Assembly: GCA_001791305.1 (NCBI GenBank)
Contig: MGEI01000003.1
Span: forward strand, 182,910-236,660
Direction: 5' to 3'
DNA: 53,751 nt
Source of the DNA: Candidatus Uhrbacteria bacterium RIFCSPLOWO2_01_FULL_47_17
GTDB lineage: Bacteria > Patescibacteriota > Patescibacteriia > UBA9934 > GWF2-40-263
The notes below the pieces were generated by a model. It was not told the origin of the DNA, made no database searches, and worked only from the letters and a program-made list of their open reading frames with translations. The position numbers and the translations under genes were made by a program. Below are positions 51,399 through 53,751 of this stretch, in pieces; the first letter of the stretch is position 1, and every line of letters starts with the position of its first letter.

Positions 51399-51425
51399 AA
51401 AAAAAGTCGATAAGTCGTTGAGTCG

Positions 51426-52175
51426 TTAAGTGAAGGAGATTCTTTGTTCTGGTTCTGGCGCCGATACGGGCTCATCTATCTTCAACAGCTTTTTCAGTTG
51501 AACAACTTCTGTGTTCGTGAGTTCTCGGTGTTGTCCAACGATCAGATTTCCAAGTTCGATGTTCATGACGCGAATGCGCATGAGCTTTCGGACATCATAC
51601 CCAAGTTCTTCACACATGCGACGAATTTGGCGATTACGTCCTTCGGTAAGCGTGATGTGAAATGTGTCGGCGGATTCTCGAGAAACGATCGCGGGTTTGG
51701 TCATGGAACCAAGGATCACGAGTCCGCGACGCATCGTCTCAAGATCTTTATCTTCAATTGGACGATCGACGGTGACGACGTATTCCTTGTCGTGATCATA
51801 TCGCGGATGCGTAATGCGTTCCGAGAGGCGGCCGTCGTTTGTAAGCAACAAAAGTCCACAGGAGGCGACGTCCAAGCGGCCAATCGGAAATACGCGTTCT
51901 GGATAATTCACGTACTGAATGACGTTATCGTGCGCGTTTGGATCGACAGATGTAATAATCCCAACTGGCTTGTTAAATGCGAGGTAAACCTCTTTTGGTT
52001 TTGCGACCTGCAACATTTGTCCATCCACAACAACTTCGTCCGAATCATCCACTTTTAGTCCGAGTTCCGAGACTTGTCCGTTTACCACAACTTTGCCAGA
52101 TGAAATCAAATCATCGGCTTTGCGTCGCGAGCAGACGCCACGGTCTGCAAGGTATTTGTTAATGCGGGTTTTCAT
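51426..52175 (-). CDS. S4-domain rRNA pseudouridine synthase (RluF/RsuA family)
   Basis: RINKYLA..G.CSRR, NKP.G, GRLD, EGRNRQIRRM. Confidence 0.95.
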   Translation of the reverse strand: MKTRINKYLADRGVCSRRKADDLISSGKVVVNGQVSELGLKVDDSDEVVVDGQMLQVAKPKEVYLAFNKPVGIITSVDPNAHDNVIQYVNYPERVFPIGRLDVASCGLLLLTNDGRLSERITHPRYDHDKEYVVTVDRPIEDKDLETMRRGLVILGSMTKPAIVSRESADTFHITLTEGRNRQIRRMCEELGYDVRKLMRIRVMNIELGNLIVGQHRELTNTEVVQLKKLLKIDEPVSAPEPEQRISFT

Positions 52176-52204
52176 AGCGGAAGTATTGTAACACAGTCGC
52201 AGTC

Positions 52205-52288
52205 AAAGGGGTCAGGTCTGGAATTTGAAATTTGTGTAAAATCATTAATGAATACATCAAAATTCCAAATTCCAGACCTGACCCCTTT
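52205..52288. repeat. 84-bp MITE/REP-like element with 29-bp inverted termini
   Basis: aaaggggtcaggtctggaatttgaaattt ... aaattccaaattccagacctgaccccttt (one mismatch). Confidence 0.85.
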
Positions 52289-52327
52289 TTCGCGCACAAA
52301 AAAACAGACGCATGCGCGTCTGTGAGA

Positions 52328-53086
52328 TTACTTGATCTTCCCTGTCAGTTCCGCCCAATTTGCCTTGGGCTTGAGACGCTTCGAGCCGGCTGCGCAGAGC
52401 GGGCAGTCCTTTGGTTCCCAGGTGTCAATGTCGTAGTGACGGACGTAGTGAATCGGCGTGCCTTCGAACTCGAACTCTTTGGATCGATGAACAAGCGTGA
52501 ACACAAGAGGAGCAAATTGGACAGGAGTTGGATTTCCAAAGCGCACACCACTGCGCACTCGGCTCAGAGTTGTTGTCGTTGTCACGAGCTCTTCAACCTG
52601 TAACACGACTTCATTTGGATCGATCTGGAACCGTTTCCACACCTGAGTGTTGTTTGAACCTTTTTCTGTAAAGTCATGCTGACACCCAAGGCGTCGAGCA
52701 ACTTCATAGGAAAAAACCGCGCTCGCATGATCCGATCCAATGATCCAATCCACTTTACCTACTTTTTTAATAAGTGGATGGCTCATCTTGTGTAAACAAT
52801 CAACAATTTGACGAGCCATGAGCTCGCAGAGATTTGTGTATCGGAGCACGCGCAACGTATCCACAAACCCGTTCGAACATTTTCCAGACGTAAGTTCCGC
52901 ATGCGGATCTTTCGGGTCACCCGAATGAAGCCAGAGGGCGTCACACGCATAAAAAAAATGATCAAATGCTTCCGGCGTCAATGGAAATGAAAATTGTTTG
53001 GATCGCAATTGACGAACCGTTTCATTATCCATGAGAACAACATCTTCTGAACTGAGATTTTCCCACTTTCCTAAAGTCATAAACAT
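52328..53086 (-). CDS. Divergent type I phosphoribosyltransferase (OPRTase/PyrE-like)
   Basis: H.ELTSGK.S.GF, VLQVEELVTT, C-terminal W.P..CPLC; start codon uncertain. Confidence 0.7.
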   Translation of the reverse strand: MFMTLGKWENLSSEDVVLMDNETVRQLRSKQFSFPLTPEAFDHFFYACDALWLHSGDPKDPHAELTSGKCSNGFVDTLRVLRYTNLCELMARQIVDCLHKMSHPLIKKVGKVDWIIGSDHASAVFSYEVARRLGCQHDFTEKGSNNTQVWKRFQIDPNEVVLQVEELVTTTTTLSRVRSGVRFGNPTPVQFAPLVFTLVHRSKEFEFEGTPIHYVRHYDIDTWEPKDCPLCAAGSKRLKPKANWAELTGKIK

Positions 53087-53165
53087 GAAATACATTCCCT
53101 TGTTGAAAGAACTCCCTTTGATCTCGCACTTTTTCGAACAAAAGAATCTTAACAAAAAGAGAGAT

Positions 53166-53751
53166 TTATGACAACCCCTCTATTATCTGTTCTTGTAATT
53201 TGAACCATTCCTCTTCTTTGCGTTTGTATTCTTCATCGAGCTCCCCGAGTCGCGTTGCCTTCTCCGGCGCATACTCGGTGGGATTCTCGAAATAAAACTG
53301 GAGGATTTCACTGCGCTCGCGATCAAGAGCCTTCATGAGTTTCTCGAGACGCTCGACGGCACGCTGTAATTCTTTGATCTTCGCACGAGCCTCGGCCTTC
53401 TTGACATGTGCCGCGTTCCCTCCTCCTGTCGAGGGAGAGCCAGGGGAGGTCTCCCTTCGAACTTCCATTTCCATAATCTCCGCAAGATCCGCCACATATT
53501 CCTCATACGGCCCAGGATAATTCCTCAGCGTGCCGAAGCGAATTTCGAGAACTTTGTCGCAAAGCGCGTTTACGAATGTGCGAGCGTGGGAAACAAAAAT
53601 CACTGTGCCTTCGTACTGTTTCAATGCAACCGCAAGCGCTTCGGCCGTCTCGACGTCGAGGTGGTTCGTTGGCTCGTCGAGGAGGAGGACAGAGTGTTCA
53701 TGAAGCAGAATGCCGGCGAGACACAGGCGGGCTCGTTCACCTCCGGAGAGA
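53166..53751 (-). CDS. ABC-F ATPase (Uup-like), C-terminal part
   Basis: Own translation extends to the window edge: LSGGERARLCLA...LLLDEPTNHLD...VSHAR; C-terminal coiled coil. Confidence 0.9.
   Translation of the reverse strand, partial: LSGGERARLCLAGILLHEHSVLLLDEPTNHLDVETAEALAVALKQYEGTVIFVSHARTFVNALCDKVLEIRFGTLRNYPGPYEEYVADLAEIMEMEVRRETSPGSPSTGGGNAAHVKKAEARAKIKELQRAVERLEKLMKALDRERSEILQFYFENPTEYAPEKATRLGELDEEYKRKEEEWFKLQEQIIEGLS
53416..53450. repeat. Degenerate CCCTC-type element in frame in ABC-F linker
   Basis: ttccctcctcctgtcgagggagagccaggggaggt; encodes TSPGSPSTGGGN; resembles 4719-4755. Confidence 0.5.

Overview
Bacterial chromosomal segment whose gene content (mreB/mreC, DciA-like, UvrD-PD-(D/E)XK fusion, short AtpH and MetG, DUF5671-like, SIMPL, few SD sites) suggests a Patescibacteria/CPR (Parcubacteria-like) genome with standard code 11. 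The taxonomy is inferred, not proven. The central block is a complete F1Fo ATP synthase operon (atpZ/I-B-E-F-H-A-G-D-C) followed by a six-gene Ehr-type (hydrogenase-4/complex I-related) membrane complex. Its large subunit lacks the NiFe cysteines, and its small subunit has also lost most of the Fe-S cysteines. Two paralogous beta-carbonic-anhydrase-like genes bracket this operon, one with an intact CxD...HxxC Zn motif and one degenerate. Other content: a vWA+FHA pair, a convergent pair of large paralogous orphan proteins, redox genes (SOD, AhpC, ferredoxin, MsrB), lipid-modifying genes (Cfa, CDP-alcohol phosphotransferase, DAG-kinase family), a DEAD-box helicase, Csp, Gre factor, GuaB1-like, a pseudouridine synthase, a PRTase and two ABC-F genes. 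The ORF track misses a partial mreC and a 36-aa basic peptide gene with its own promoter and terminator. Five kinds of short palindromic or tandem repeat are present, some in frame inside proteins. Several conserved genes look leaderless, whereas orphan genes carry strong SD sites. No tRNA, rRNA, CRISPR array or transposase was recognised.
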